A stretch of DNA of 64,000 nucleotides from positions 4,922 to 68,921 of the forward strand of contig DASSIE010000028.1 of assembly GCA_035692185.1 (NCBI GenBank), in the 5' to 3' direction. A model generated the notes under the pieces. That model was given only the letters and a program-made list of their open reading frames with translations. It was not told where the DNA came from and did not search any database. The stretch comes from Patescibacteria group bacterium. Lineage in GTDB: Bacteria > Patescibacteriota > Microgenomatia > UBA8517. Position numbers and translations under genes: made by a program. Positions 18,709-27,891 of the stretch are shown piece by piece; position 1 is the first letter of the stretch; the number at the start of each line of letters is the position of its first letter.

Positions 18709-19692
18709 ATGACTAATCTTTGGCTAGCTTTTATTACAGGTCTTACTTCCGGTGGAATTTCTTGTTTTGCTGTACAAGGAGGCCTGTTAACCACAGCAAT
18801 TGCGGGTGAAGAAGAAATTGAAATTTCGCGAAGTGTCAAAGCAAAAGCGCTTGGAATTTTTCTAATTTCAAAATTAATAGCCTATACACTACTAGGGTTT
18901 CTTCTTGGATTTTTGGGAGCCAGTTTAAATATTTCGCCAAAAGTTCAAGGGCTTTTGCAAATTTTTATTGGGCTCTTTATGTTGGCAACGGCCGCCAGAA
19001 TGCTTAATCTCCATCCAATTTTTAGATATTTCGTTATTACTCCGCCAAAATTTATTTTAAAGTTGATGAGAAATCAAGCCCAAGCAAAATCATATTTTAG
19101 TCCAATGATACTTGGCGCCCTAACCATACTTATCCCCTGCGGAGTAACACAGGCGATGATGCTTTTGGCAATTGGAACTGGGGATCCGTTCTGGGGAGCG
19201 GGAATAATGTTCTTTTTTATACTTGGGACCTCCCCCGTTTTCTTTGCAATTGGCTATGCAGCAACAGAATTAATGAAAAAGAGAATTTTTAATATTGTTG
19301 CAGCACTAGTCATTATGTTAATTGGAATTCTTTCAATTAATAGTGGGCAACTGTTGAGAGGGTCTGTCCATACTCTCCAAAGTTATTATTCGGTACTATT
19401 CGGAAGCAATAAAACATCAAAAGTTGGCAATGTTGTAAATATTAATGCAACAAATAGAGGTTACACAGCTGATGTTAATACCCTTAAAATTGGTGTTCCT
19501 GTTAAGATTAATTTAAAAACTACTGGTGTCACGGGTTGTGCCAGATCCTTCACTATCCCAAGTCTTAATTATTTTAAGATTTTACCTGCAACTGGAACAG
19601 AAACTATTGAATTTACTCCGACAAAATTAGGCAACTTAACATATACATGTAGTATGGGGATGTACTCAGGATCCTTCAATGTGATTGAATGA
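18709..19692 (+). CDS. Polytopic membrane protein (DsbD_2/TauE-like, Cys in TM helices) fused to C-terminal cupredoxin-like domain
   Basis: TM Cys motifs GGISCFAVQGG and LIPCGVTQAMM. C-terminal TYTCSMGMYSGSFNVIE is paralogous to the 18031 protein. Confidence 0.55.
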   Translation: MTNLWLAFITGLTSGGISCFAVQGGLLTTAIAGEEEIEISRSVKAKALGIFLISKLIAYTLLGFLLGFLGASLNISPKVQGLLQIFIGLFMLATAARMLNLHPIFRYFVITPPKFILKLMRNQAQAKSYFSPMILGALTILIPCGVTQAMMLLAIGTGDPFWGAGIMFFFILGTSPVFFAIGYAATELMKKRIFNIVAALVIMLIGILSINSGQLLRGSVHTLQSYYSVLFGSNKTSKVGNVVNINATNRGYTADVNTLKIGVPVKINLKTTGVTGCARSFTIPSLNYFKILPATGTETIEFTPTKLGNLTYTCSMGMYSGSFNVIE

Positions 19693-19706
19693 TCCTTAAA
19701 TGACAA

Positions 19707-19907
19707 ATGACAAATGACAAATTAAAGACTTACAAAATAAAAGGGATGGACTGTGCATCTTGTGCATCGTTAATTGAAATGGATTTGGAAGACGTTGGAA
19801 TAAAATCTAAATGCAGTTATCCAAAAGAGACTTTAGAAATTGATGGTCCACATGATGAAAAAAAAGTAATTGAAATTGTTAAAAAATCAGGCTACAGTAT
19901 TATCTGA
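19707..19907 (+). CDS. copZ: CopZ-like heavy-metal-associated copper chaperone
   Basis: GMDCASCA HMA motif, 66 aa. Confidence 0.8.
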   Translation: MTNDKLKTYKIKGMDCASCASLIEMDLEDVGIKSKCSYPKETLEIDGPHDEKKVIEIVKKSGYSII

Positions 19908-19909
19908 AT

Positions 19910-20392
19910 ATGTGCCCTGTTTGTACAGTTACCGTTATTGCAGGCCTTAGTGTTTCCCGATTATTGGGAATTGACGATGTCGTTTCTTCTATCTGGATTG
20001 GTGGACTCATACTTTCTTTATCTTTCATAACTATTAATTGGATTGAAAAATCAAAATGGAGAGAAAAAATATATGAACACATATGCAAAATTAAATGTGG
20101 TCTAACGGAAAATCAAGCTTTAAAGTTCTGGGTAATATTTTTAATGTATCTTTTAGCTTTGATCCCCCTATTTTTAAATCACACAATAGGTATCACCAGA
20201 AATACTCTTTGGGGAATGGACAAAATTCTATTCGGAATATTTGTAGGATCAATTGTGTTTTTAATTGGAATATGGATAGATAAAACTATCCGAAAAGGCA
20301 GGGACGGTAAACAGCTTTTTCATTTTCAAAAAGTTGTGTTTCCAGTATCAATGCTAGCAATTGCCTCTGCTGTATTTTATCTAGTTACTTGA
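19910..20392 (+). CDS. Membrane protein with N-terminal CxxC (MCPVC), hypothetical
   Basis: 4 predicted TM segments. Follows copZ by 3 nt. Confidence 0.5.
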   Translation: MCPVCTVTVIAGLSVSRLLGIDDVVSSIWIGGLILSLSFITINWIEKSKWREKIYEHICKIKCGLTENQALKFWVIFLMYLLALIPLFLNHTIGITRNTLWGMDKILFGIFVGSIVFLIGIWIDKTIRKGRDGKQLFHFQKVVFPVSMLAIASAVFYLVT

Positions 20393-20396
20393 TTCT

Positions 20397-20897
20397 ATGG
20401 CAATAAAAAATTATAACGATTTATTAGACAAGGTAAGTAATTTTAAACTTGACACTAACATCGACCTCTCCTCTGGAGAAGATTTGTCTATTGGAATAAT
20501 GAATTTAATTTCAATTGAAGAGCATCTGTTCTTTACTTACGGCAAACTTAAGAATCAAAAGTACCTTAAATTACTTAACGAAGTTCGCCTAATGCGAACA
20601 AGTTTAATGAAAGAAATAATTAAAGATTACGAAGGTGAGGTTTGGTGCATAAGTAAACATTTATTAGCTTCTTCTATGAGGTTGATGGAGGTCGGGACTA
20701 AAGAACTAAAGAAGAAAGAAAATAAAAAAGCAGAGGATCTGTTTAAAAAATCTTATGAATTATACAGTTTATTCTGGGGTTTAAATTTATCTAGTCACTC
20801 CAACTCCCCCAACCTCCCAAAACTTCCCACCGATAAATCGGTTTTTAGTAAACTTGGAGACATTGTCCAACACGCCCTTGATTGTTGTAGAGAGTAA
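20397..20897 (+). CDS. Hypothetical protein
   Basis: 166-aa ORF, no recognisable motif. Confidence 0.45.
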   Translation: MAIKNYNDLLDKVSNFKLDTNIDLSSGEDLSIGIMNLISIEEHLFFTYGKLKNQKYLKLLNEVRLMRTSLMKEIIKDYEGEVWCISKHLLASSMRLMEVGTKELKKKENKKAEDLFKKSYELYSLFWGLNLSSHSNSPNLPKLPTDKSVFSKLGDIVQHALDCCRE

Positions 20898-21431
20898 TTA
20901 TACAAAAAGCCCCAAACAAATTGTTGCAACAAGCACAACAATCCAATAAATTTTACTCTTTTCAAAATCTAATTTAATCGGGGAGTTAACAAGCCAGTTA
21001 TTAAAACTTTTTAGCTCCATCAAATCCACAATTTGATCAATAAGTAAATGAAGCGAGAAGGACAAAACCAATCCTTTTCCAAATAAAGACCCGGAAGAAC
21101 TTAACATCCAGAAAGTTAATATCAAAAATATTAATTGGAAATAAACTGTATGAAAAATTAACCCCCTTCTTTCTCCTCTTGTCTCATATAGGAGCTCAAT
21201 CGATCTTTTAAAATCCTTTTTCTGCAGTAAATAATTCACTCTTTGTGACGTCAGTTCGACGGGTTTTAAAAAAAGAACATAAAGTATGTGGTCTACGTCT
21301 GGTAAAAATACTCCAACTAGTCCCCCCAACCAAAATGGCCAATAACTAATGTTTAAATAATGTTTAATTATGGAGATAAAAATAAAGAAGGATAAAAGAA
21401 AGGAAAAATGTAGGAAAAGTTCACGCTTCAT
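20898..21431 (-). CDS. Hypothetical polytopic membrane protein
   Basis: 177 aa, multiple hydrophobic helices. Confidence 0.45.
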   Translation of the reverse strand: MKRELFLHFSFLLSFFIFISIIKHYLNISYWPFWLGGLVGVFLPDVDHILYVLFLKPVELTSQRVNYLLQKKDFKRSIELLYETRGERRGLIFHTVYFQLIFLILTFWMLSSSGSLFGKGLVLSFSLHLLIDQIVDLMELKSFNNWLVNSPIKLDFEKSKIYWIVVLVATICLGLFV

Positions 21432-21455
21432 ACTTAATAAATTGTAGCACTATTT

Positions 21456-21713
21456 TTATGATTTTATGAAGCTATTAAATAGATCTTTCAACTTTTTAAA
21501 GTAGCCTTTATTATCAATTCGGAGTGGATTTCCTATGGCAGAAACACCGTGTGTTCCACAAGATGCTTTATTTCCAGATTGACGAAAACCTCGGCAACTT
21601 TTATGTAAATATAAAAACAATTCAAATTCTGTATTTTTGCGAGTTCTTAATGTTTCAATTGGGTCGTTACGATTTTCAAACGTTTCAATTGGGTTATTAT
21701 ACTCAATAGTCAT
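21456..21713 (-). CDS. Hypothetical small protein with internal N(D)PIET repeat
   Basis: 85 aa. DNA carries the gtttcaattgggt direct repeat about 30 nt apart. Confidence 0.3.
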   Translation of the reverse strand: MTIEYNNPIETFENRNDPIETLRTRKNTEFELFLYLHKSCRGFRQSGNKASCGTHGVSAIGNPLRIDNKGYFKKLKDLFNSFIKS

Positions 21714-22015
21714 GGAGTCATTATATATCTGCTGTCAACTTTATCATCTTCTGTAAACTTAACCCCCTCGCTTAGGAGCCTTTCCTTTTGCTCATCAGGC
21801 CCACCAAAGGCATAGCCTGGGGCTAATCCTCCATCTTTGTTTACAACTCTGTGGCAAGGAACGATTGAGCTATCTGGATTTGCATGAAGTGCCCAACCAA
21901 CTTTCCTGGCATCTCGGCTTCCAATTTCTTTGGCAATCTGTCCGTAAGTCATAACGCGCCCGCTAGGAATTTTCTTTACAACTTGGTAAACCTGATCAAA
22001 AAAATTATTTTTCAT
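21710..22015 (-). CDS. ogt: Methylated-DNA-[protein]-cysteine S-methyltransferase (single-domain Ogt/MGMT)
   Basis: Active-site IVPCHRVV, HTH YGQIAKEIG. Confidence 0.8.
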   Translation of the reverse strand: MKNNFFDQVYQVVKKIPSGRVMTYGQIAKEIGSRDARKVGWALHANPDSSIVPCHRVVNKDGGLAPGYAFGGPDEQKERLLSEGVKFTEDDKVDSRYIMTP

Positions 22016-22304
22016 CTTTTTTAATTTTATCGTTATCTTTTAATTGCTTCAATTTCCACATAAATAGCCTTGGCTTGGAGCGTGCATTTTGGGCGTCTTT
22101 TACAAAACTGCGGGCAGATTCAATTAGTCCCCTTGGATTATCTTTAGAAAGTTTTATATATAAAGAAACATGTTTTGGATCATCTAACTCATTCGCGAGG
22201 TCGTATCCATATTTCTGGAATTCACGAGAGACATACTTATCTGTATTATCAAATTTGTATTTATTTAAAAGATCCCCTACTGAAGTTAAAGTTTTTGTTT
22301 TCAT
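22005..22304 (-). CDS. Hypothetical protein
   Basis: 99-aa ORF, charged, overlaps the ogt start by 11 nt. Confidence 0.4.
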   Translation of the reverse strand: MKTKTLTSVGDLLNKYKFDNTDKYVSREFQKYGYDLANELDDPKHVSLYIKLSKDNPRGLIESARSFVKDAQNARSKPRLFMWKLKQLKDNDKIKKDEK

Positions 22305-22336
22305 TCTAGTTACTAGCTACTAGTCACTAGTAACTA
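22305..22336. repeat. CTAG-rich semi-palindromic junction element (copy A)
   Basis: tctagttactagctactagtcactagtaactag sits exactly between the pth stop and the upstream gene ATG. TAG appears in all six frames. Confidence 0.7.
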
Positions 22337-22817
22337 GCTTTTTGCATACTTCTTTAATAACATTATCTAACTTTTCTTTTTCCTCATCCGTAAAGTTCTC
22401 GAGAGTATAAACCTCCCCCATTGGCTTGTTGTCTTGCGGTCTATTATCAATTCCCACTCGAACTCTGTTAAATTCCTTTGTTCCTAATTTTTCTTCAATA
22501 TCGAGTATTCCATTGTGGTCTTTTGGCCCTCTGCCAAACTGAATTTTAAAACTACCGAAAGGAATATCCAAGTCGTCATGAATAACATACAAATCGGATA
22601 AATCAAGTTTGTATTGATCAACTAACTTTTTCACAAAACTCCCAGAATCATTCATAAAGTTTGGAGATTTAAAAATTAAAATTTTGGATTTATTTGAGAT
22701 TTGAGATTTGGAATTTGAAATTTCTGACGCTAAAGCGTCAGCCACCATATACCCAGCACTGTGCCTGGTATTTTTATATTGTTGCCCTGGATTTCCGATA
22801 CCGATAATGAGTTTCAT
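22320..22817 (-). CDS. pth: Peptidyl-tRNA hydrolase
   Basis: MKLIIGIGNPGQQYKNTRHSAGYMVAD. N-terminal ORF extension rejected. Confidence 0.85.
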   Translation of the reverse strand: MKLIIGIGNPGQQYKNTRHSAGYMVADALASEISNSKSQISNKSKILIFKSPNFMNDSGSFVKKLVDQYKLDLSDLYVIHDDLDIPFGSFKIQFGRGPKDHNGILDIEEKLGTKEFNRVRVGIDNRPQDNKPMGEVYTLENFTDEEKEKLDNVIKEVCKKLVTSD

Positions 22818-22840
22818 AATATAAAGAGATTCTATCATAC

Positions 22841-22890
22841 GAAACATCCTCAAGTTTCCCTGAGGATGTTTCACCAAATTCTTAATTTGG
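22841..22890 (-). terminator. Two consecutive hairpins (possible terminator or attenuator) between the membrane-protein gene and pth
   Basis: gaaacatcctca-N8-tgaggatgtttc (11-bp stem) and ccaaatt-ctt-aatttgg. No clear U-tract. Confidence 0.3.
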
Positions 22891-22935
22891 CCAAGCTCTG
22901 CTTACTATTAATTTCTAGGACCTAAGAAATTAAAA

Positions 22936-23268
22936 CTATGCCTTTCGCATTAACTGAACTGCAAACTTGCCAATAAATGGGACTTCCCATCTTTCTCCCT
23001 GCCAAGCTTTGTAAGTCATAAGTAACCAAAGTACAACTCCTAATACAAAGACGAGCGGAGTAGCAAAAACCAAAAATATAGTCAAAATCAAAACCCAATT
23101 AAGTATAAAAAGGGCCAAATTAACGACTATTGATTGGAATGCCCAAAATTTAACAAATTCATCTTTTTCTAAAAGAATGAAAAGTACTGGAACCACTAAA
23201 GTAGGTCCCAAAAGTACTGATAATGCTGCTGCTGTTTCCTTTTTAAGTCCTGTGCCTGTTGATGCCAT
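22936..23268 (-). CDS. Small membrane protein (DUF4870-like), hypothetical
   Basis: 110 aa, 3 TM helices. Confidence 0.5.
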   Translation of the reverse strand: MASTGTGLKKETAAALSVLLGPTLVVPVLFILLEKDEFVKFWAFQSIVVNLALFILNWVLILTIFLVFATPLVFVLGVVLWLLMTYKAWQGERWEVPFIGKFAVQLMRKA

Positions 23269-23322
23269 AAATAATCACCTTCTCTCTATTAATCTCATCT
23301 TTTCATAAATTATAATCATTGG

Positions 23323-25017
23323 TCAATCCCTAATTATTTTTTGAAGTTTTAGAAGTTCATTTAATTCTTTTAAGGTTGTTGCCTCCTTTGGACTTTTGTC
23401 ATCTCGGAAATTGATAAGCCTAGGGAAGCGGAGGGCAAGGCCCGCTGTATGCTTTGGACTCTTAGTAATCTCATCCGCAGCAAGCTCAGCTAGCACAAGT
23501 GGCGTTACCCAGAAATCGGGATACAAATCTTTATGCACTTCATATTCTTTTGGCTTGTCTTTAACTTGGATTTTTGTAAGCCTAGTTTTTAACTCCTTAA
23601 ATTGCTCGTCAGTTAAACCTGTCCCTACTTTTGTAACTGATTTAAATACTTCCCCGTCTTTAACCCCCGCTAAAAACTGCCCTACTCCAAACCCTACTCT
23701 TTTGCCTTTTCCAACTGTGTAGCCCATTATTACCAAATCCACAGTGTCAGATAACTTGCCACTAGTCCCTTCTACCTCTTTCATTTTTACCCAGTTCCAA
23801 CCGGTACGGCCGCTAACATAAAGTCCATTCACTTTTTTAACAACAACCCCCTCAAGTCCCAACTTAAGATATTTTTCGTGAAGAGTTTTAATTACATCAG
23901 CATCTTTTGTGATTGTGTTTTCATCAATTCTTAATAGGTTTCCATTAACAACAACTTTTCCTACAACTTTTCTGCGTTCTATATAAGGCTCTTTAATATA
24001 ACTTTTGCCGTCACAAAGCAGAATATCAAAAACTTGGAACTGAAGCGGAATTTCAGTTGAATTCTTTTCAATCTCGTGTTTTCTTCTTCTTGATACTGTC
24101 TTTTGAAAATCAACAAACATTTGTCTTTTTGGATCAAGTCCAACAGCTTCTGTATCCAGAATTACTTCGTCCGCTTTTATATATTTCCCAAGCTCTTGTA
24201 GCTCTGGAAAAGTCTCGAGCGGAATTGCATTCATGTTTCTGGTAAATATCTTGATAAAGTTGGGCTTCCTGTAGTGAATAAAGATACGAAGTCCATCAAA
24301 TTTTGGTTCCACCGCGACTTCCCCCATTTTTTTGATCATTTCGTCTGTTGAGTTAAGGCGTTGGGCAAGCATTGGGACAACTGGAACTCCAACTTCTGGT
24401 TTTGCTGATTTAAGATTTCCTTCTTTAACTAACTTTGCAACATAACCAATATCTGGTCTAATATTGTAAGCTTCTTCGATCTCTTTTGAAGAAATATTAG
24501 AAGAAGCCGCGAGGGCATCGACTACGGTTTTTTCAGAAAATCCTAAACGAAGTTTTCCAACTGGAATTCTTGTAACAAATCTTGCTGATATTGGATCCAG
24601 TAGCTTTAACAAGTGTGAAGTTTTCTCAACTTTCCTATCTTGGCTCCCCTCCCCATTATCTTTAGCTATTTCCACAAGCTTTTCGTATACTTCATTAACT
24701 GTTAAATCCCCAGCACTTTTCTTGGCAAGTTCTTGGGCAACGTTACCCAGATCACCTTTTGCTTTATATAACCTTGTTACTTCATCAATATCTTTTCCGG
24801 AAGATAGTACTAAAACTCTAATCATCATTTTTTCTGCGATGTTTAAAATTATACTTTCGTAGTTTGGAGCCAACGTGCCAAGAGCTAAATAAGTAGCTTT
24901 ATCGATTTCGTGGGCATTAGTTTCTTTAAAAAGTTCCGAAAGTATTCTGGTTATTTCGAGCCTTGAAGAAGTGCTTTCTAGTTTTTCTAGATATTTTGCG
25001 AGAGTGCTAAACTTCAT
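23323..25017 (-). CDS. lig: ATP-dependent DNA ligase (Lig1/archaeal type)
   Basis: Adenylation motif I EPKFDGLR, 564 aa, OB-fold region. Confidence 0.85.
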   Translation of the reverse strand: MKFSTLAKYLEKLESTSSRLEITRILSELFKETNAHEIDKATYLALGTLAPNYESIILNIAEKMMIRVLVLSSGKDIDEVTRLYKAKGDLGNVAQELAKKSAGDLTVNEVYEKLVEIAKDNGEGSQDRKVEKTSHLLKLLDPISARFVTRIPVGKLRLGFSEKTVVDALAASSNISSKEIEEAYNIRPDIGYVAKLVKEGNLKSAKPEVGVPVVPMLAQRLNSTDEMIKKMGEVAVEPKFDGLRIFIHYRKPNFIKIFTRNMNAIPLETFPELQELGKYIKADEVILDTEAVGLDPKRQMFVDFQKTVSRRRKHEIEKNSTEIPLQFQVFDILLCDGKSYIKEPYIERRKVVGKVVVNGNLLRIDENTITKDADVIKTLHEKYLKLGLEGVVVKKVNGLYVSGRTGWNWVKMKEVEGTSGKLSDTVDLVIMGYTVGKGKRVGFGVGQFLAGVKDGEVFKSVTKVGTGLTDEQFKELKTRLTKIQVKDKPKEYEVHKDLYPDFWVTPLVLAELAADEITKSPKHTAGLALRFPRLINFRDDKSPKEATTLKELNELLKLQKIIRD

Positions 25018-25039
25018 ATCTTCGATTATATCATCCTAT

Positions 25040-25255
25040 TTAATGAACGTAGGCACCTTTTCCGGCTAAATAACTGGAGAAAAACATATAGGCAAATATA
25101 ACAACTCCTATAAACATAAATCCAAAAATAATTGAGATTATTCCCCCATCCTCTTCATGAATAACTTTATTAATTCCTTCACCTAATAAAGTCAGTCCAA
25201 ATAAACTTGGGAGGATCAAAATCATATATAAAAATTGTGGATCTCTTGGTGTCAT
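25040..25255 (-). CDS. Small membrane protein, hypothetical
   Basis: 71 aa, two TM helices. Overlaps the Fic gene by 4 nt. Confidence 0.4.
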   Translation of the reverse strand: MTPRDPQFLYMILILPSLFGLTLLGEGINKVIHEEDGGIISIIFGFMFIGVVIFAYMFFSSYLAGKGAYVH

Positions 25256-26316
25256 TTGTTTGCTAATACGTATTTAGACGCTTTAGTACTCCCTGACTTT
25301 TTCAAAATTCCTTTACCTAACAAATCACGTAGTTCCCTTAAAACCGTATCTTCAGAAACCATAGGGAGTACTTTCTTAAGCTCTCCCATTCCCCCCGATC
25401 CTTGATCGGAAATATATTCAATAAGTCTCATCTGGCGTTCGGTTAAGGACACTTGTTCGCCAAATTTAACCTTAAGCCTGGAATCAACCGAAAGCTTTCT
25501 TACTCTATCTTTCACCTTTTCAAGCTCCACTGCAACTACGTGTGTAAAATATTCAAGCCAGGTAGTTACATCGCGGGAACTCAAGTTTGGAGACTGCCTA
25601 TCAACTTCACTTAAAGCTTCGTAGTAAGTAGCTGGATCTTCATCAAAATGCTCCTCTAAGGAGAAGAATTTTTTAATGTTATATCCCTCGCGCATTAGAA
25701 TAAGTGAAGCAAAGGCACGAATTGTGCGCCCGTTCCCTTCAACAAAGGGGTGGATGGCTACTAAAATGTAGTGCGCAATTCCGGCGCGCAAAATTGGATG
25801 AATTTCGTGAGCGTTACTGTCATTAAGCCAAGCAAAAAAATCTTCTAAAAGGTAAGGAACTTCAAGGTATGGCGGCGGATTGAAAATAATTTTGCCTGTT
25901 CCCTCTTCTTTAATTACAACTTCTGTGGTTCTAAACACACCGACTTTTTCGGGAACCACTATGCGGTCTACAGTTGCCCGGTGAATATCTTTTAACATAT
26001 CAAGTTCGTACCCTCCCCTTTTAACTGCCAACTCATCTATAAGTTGAGTAGCATTTCTATAATTTATAATTTCTTGAATATCGCGGGCCCTTGCGTAAAC
26101 TTCAGCCCCTTCCAATATCTTTTTTGTTTGGTAAAGTGTTAGATCGTTTCCTTCAATGTGGGTTCCATGGTGGATTGTACGGGCCATGGCGTCGCTTTGA
26201 AATTGTTTTTCAAACGATGGAACAAGAGGAGCGTTTTCTATTATCTCTTTACTGGCTTCAATTGAACCAATTGTCCTTAAAATTTTGTTGGAAATTGTGT
26301 ATTTAGGAGAGTACAT
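25252..26316 (-). CDS. Fic/DOC family protein (putative AMPylase) with C-terminal wHTH
   Basis: Canonical FIC motif HPFVEGNGRTIRAF. N-terminal TIHHGTHIEGN resembles the inhibitory helix motif. Confidence 0.8.
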   Translation of the reverse strand: MYSPKYTISNKILRTIGSIEASKEIIENAPLVPSFEKQFQSDAMARTIHHGTHIEGNDLTLYQTKKILEGAEVYARARDIQEIINYRNATQLIDELAVKRGGYELDMLKDIHRATVDRIVVPEKVGVFRTTEVVIKEEGTGKIIFNPPPYLEVPYLLEDFFAWLNDSNAHEIHPILRAGIAHYILVAIHPFVEGNGRTIRAFASLILMREGYNIKKFFSLEEHFDEDPATYYEALSEVDRQSPNLSSRDVTTWLEYFTHVVAVELEKVKDRVRKLSVDSRLKVKFGEQVSLTERQMRLIEYISDQGSGGMGELKKVLPMVSEDTVLRELRDLLGKGILKKSGSTKASKYVLANK

Positions 26317-26336
26317 ATTTTATATTAACGCAAACC

Positions 26337-26639
26337 TTGCGGGAAAAGAAGTGGTACAATAGCTTTACAATGCCCAAATTAATACACAGAGTTAGAAAAC
26401 ATCTAACAAATCTCCAAAGAGAGATATCTAAACAGATGCTAACCTTGGCAACTTCTGCATTTGGGTTAATTGCGGCTCTTGCTTGGAACGAAGTCATAAA
26501 AGAAGTAGTTACGGAATTTATTAAACCAGTTTTGGGATCTAATTCTGGTGCAGTTTCACTGCTCATCTATGCGGTTTTAGTTACAATTCTAGCCGTTGCT
26601 ACAACTTATTACTTAACTAAGTTGGTGAAGAAAAATTAG
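26337..26639 (+). CDS. Small membrane protein, hypothetical
   Basis: 100 aa, 2 TM helices. Confidence 0.45.
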   Translation: MREKKWYNSFTMPKLIHRVRKHLTNLQREISKQMLTLATSAFGLIAALAWNEVIKEVVTEFIKPVLGSNSGAVSLLIYAVLVTILAVATTYYLTKLVKKN

Positions 26640-26854
26640 TCATCATTCTGGCCATACACTTTTATAGGTTTGTCTTCTTTTAAATGAACTGACCCCGGCA
26701 TCTGTCCAAGTTTGGATTGGGCTGGAACCACGAGGGGTTTTGGTGACTGGGTTTCATTCTGGTCATCAAGTTCAACCAATATCCCAGTTGTAGCTTGATA
26801 TCTTTTTGTCGAGTTGCCATCGGCTACTTTTACTTTTGAAATTTTCTCTGCCAT
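26636..26854 (-). CDS. Small hypothetical protein downstream of recF
   Basis: 72-aa ORF with 3-nt spacing to recF. Confidence 0.35.
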   Translation of the reverse strand: MAEKISKVKVADGNSTKRYQATTGILVELDDQNETQSPKPLVVPAQSKLGQMPGSVHLKEDKPIKVYGQNDD

Positions 26855-26856
26855 TT

Positions 26857-27876
26857 TTACAGTTTAATTATACCCTTACTGTCAAAATTTTCCACAAAAT
26901 GTTCGTCTGCTGTTGTTATTATTGTTTGCTGTTTGGTTGCCACTTCCATAACAATGTCCCTATGTTCATGATCTAGTTCAGAAAAAATATCGTCCAAGAG
27001 AAGCGTGGGTCTCTCCCCAGCTTTTTCCTCGACGAAATTAAGTTCTGCCATCTTAAGCCATAAAATTCCCATCCTCTGCTCACCACGGCTTCCAAAGGAA
27101 GCCAAATTTCTGCCTTCAAAGACGAAGGTAAAATCATCTCTGTGCGGACCAACAAGAGTTGTAGCAGAAGCCACTTCTTCATTTTTATATTGCTCGAGTC
27201 TACCCTCGGAAATTGCACTTGGGTCATATTCTAGTTGTAAATTGTGGATTGATAACTGGTTAGACTTATCGTTTACAAACTCTATAAATTCGCGCCTGTG
27301 ATTACTTATATAATCCCCATTTTTAATTAGTAACTGATTCCAAAAAAGAAGTTGACTGCGGGAGGCGCCATTTTCCCGAATATTAAAAAGTAGCCTATTT
27401 CTTTGTCTTAAACCTTTTTCATAGGAAAGGAAGTTTCTTCTATATTCCCTATCAGTTTGGGAAAGAATTGTATCCAAAAATTTTCTTCGAAGAGATGGGG
27501 TTTCAGTAACCAAATCCATATCCCACGGGCCGAATAAAACTGTTTTGAAGTTTCCCGCAAAATCAATTAGCCTTTTTGGAACTCCGTTTACAAGAAGTCT
27601 CTTTTTTGGCCAACCATTCTCACCTTTCGTGATAATTCCTTCCAATTTAACATCGCCAATATCACCTGATATGCGAGCCAGTTCTTGATTATACCTCAAC
27701 ATTTCTCCTTCAACTTTTGCCTTAAAACTTTTTCCGGTAGAAAGAAGCGAAAGAGACTCTAGAATATTGGTTTTTCCAACCGCGTTGTCTCCAACAATTA
27801 CAGTAATGCCATCTGAAAATTCCAAACTTTTCTTTTTGAAGTTTCTAAAATTTTGAAGGTCTAACTTTGCAATCAT
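26857..27876 (-). CDS. recF: DNA replication and repair protein RecF
   Basis: N-terminal LDLQNFRNF, Walker A GDNAVGKTNILESL, C-terminal LLLDDIFSELD signature. Confidence 0.85.
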   Translation of the reverse strand: MIAKLDLQNFRNFKKKSLEFSDGITVIVGDNAVGKTNILESLSLLSTGKSFKAKVEGEMLRYNQELARISGDIGDVKLEGIITKGENGWPKKRLLVNGVPKRLIDFAGNFKTVLFGPWDMDLVTETPSLRRKFLDTILSQTDREYRRNFLSYEKGLRQRNRLLFNIRENGASRSQLLFWNQLLIKNGDYISNHRREFIEFVNDKSNQLSIHNLQLEYDPSAISEGRLEQYKNEEVASATTLVGPHRDDFTFVFEGRNLASFGSRGEQRMGILWLKMAELNFVEEKAGERPTLLLDDIFSELDHEHRDIVMEVATKQQTIITTADEHFVENFDSKGIIKL

Positions 27877-27891
27877 ACGGCCAAGTATATA

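Noticed and set aside
21640-21710. Direct repeat gtttcaattgggt (two copies about 30 nt apart) as a possible mini CRISPR-like array
   Set aside because: There are only two copies, they lie inside a plausible small ORF (encoding an NPIET repeat), and no leader or cas context is present.
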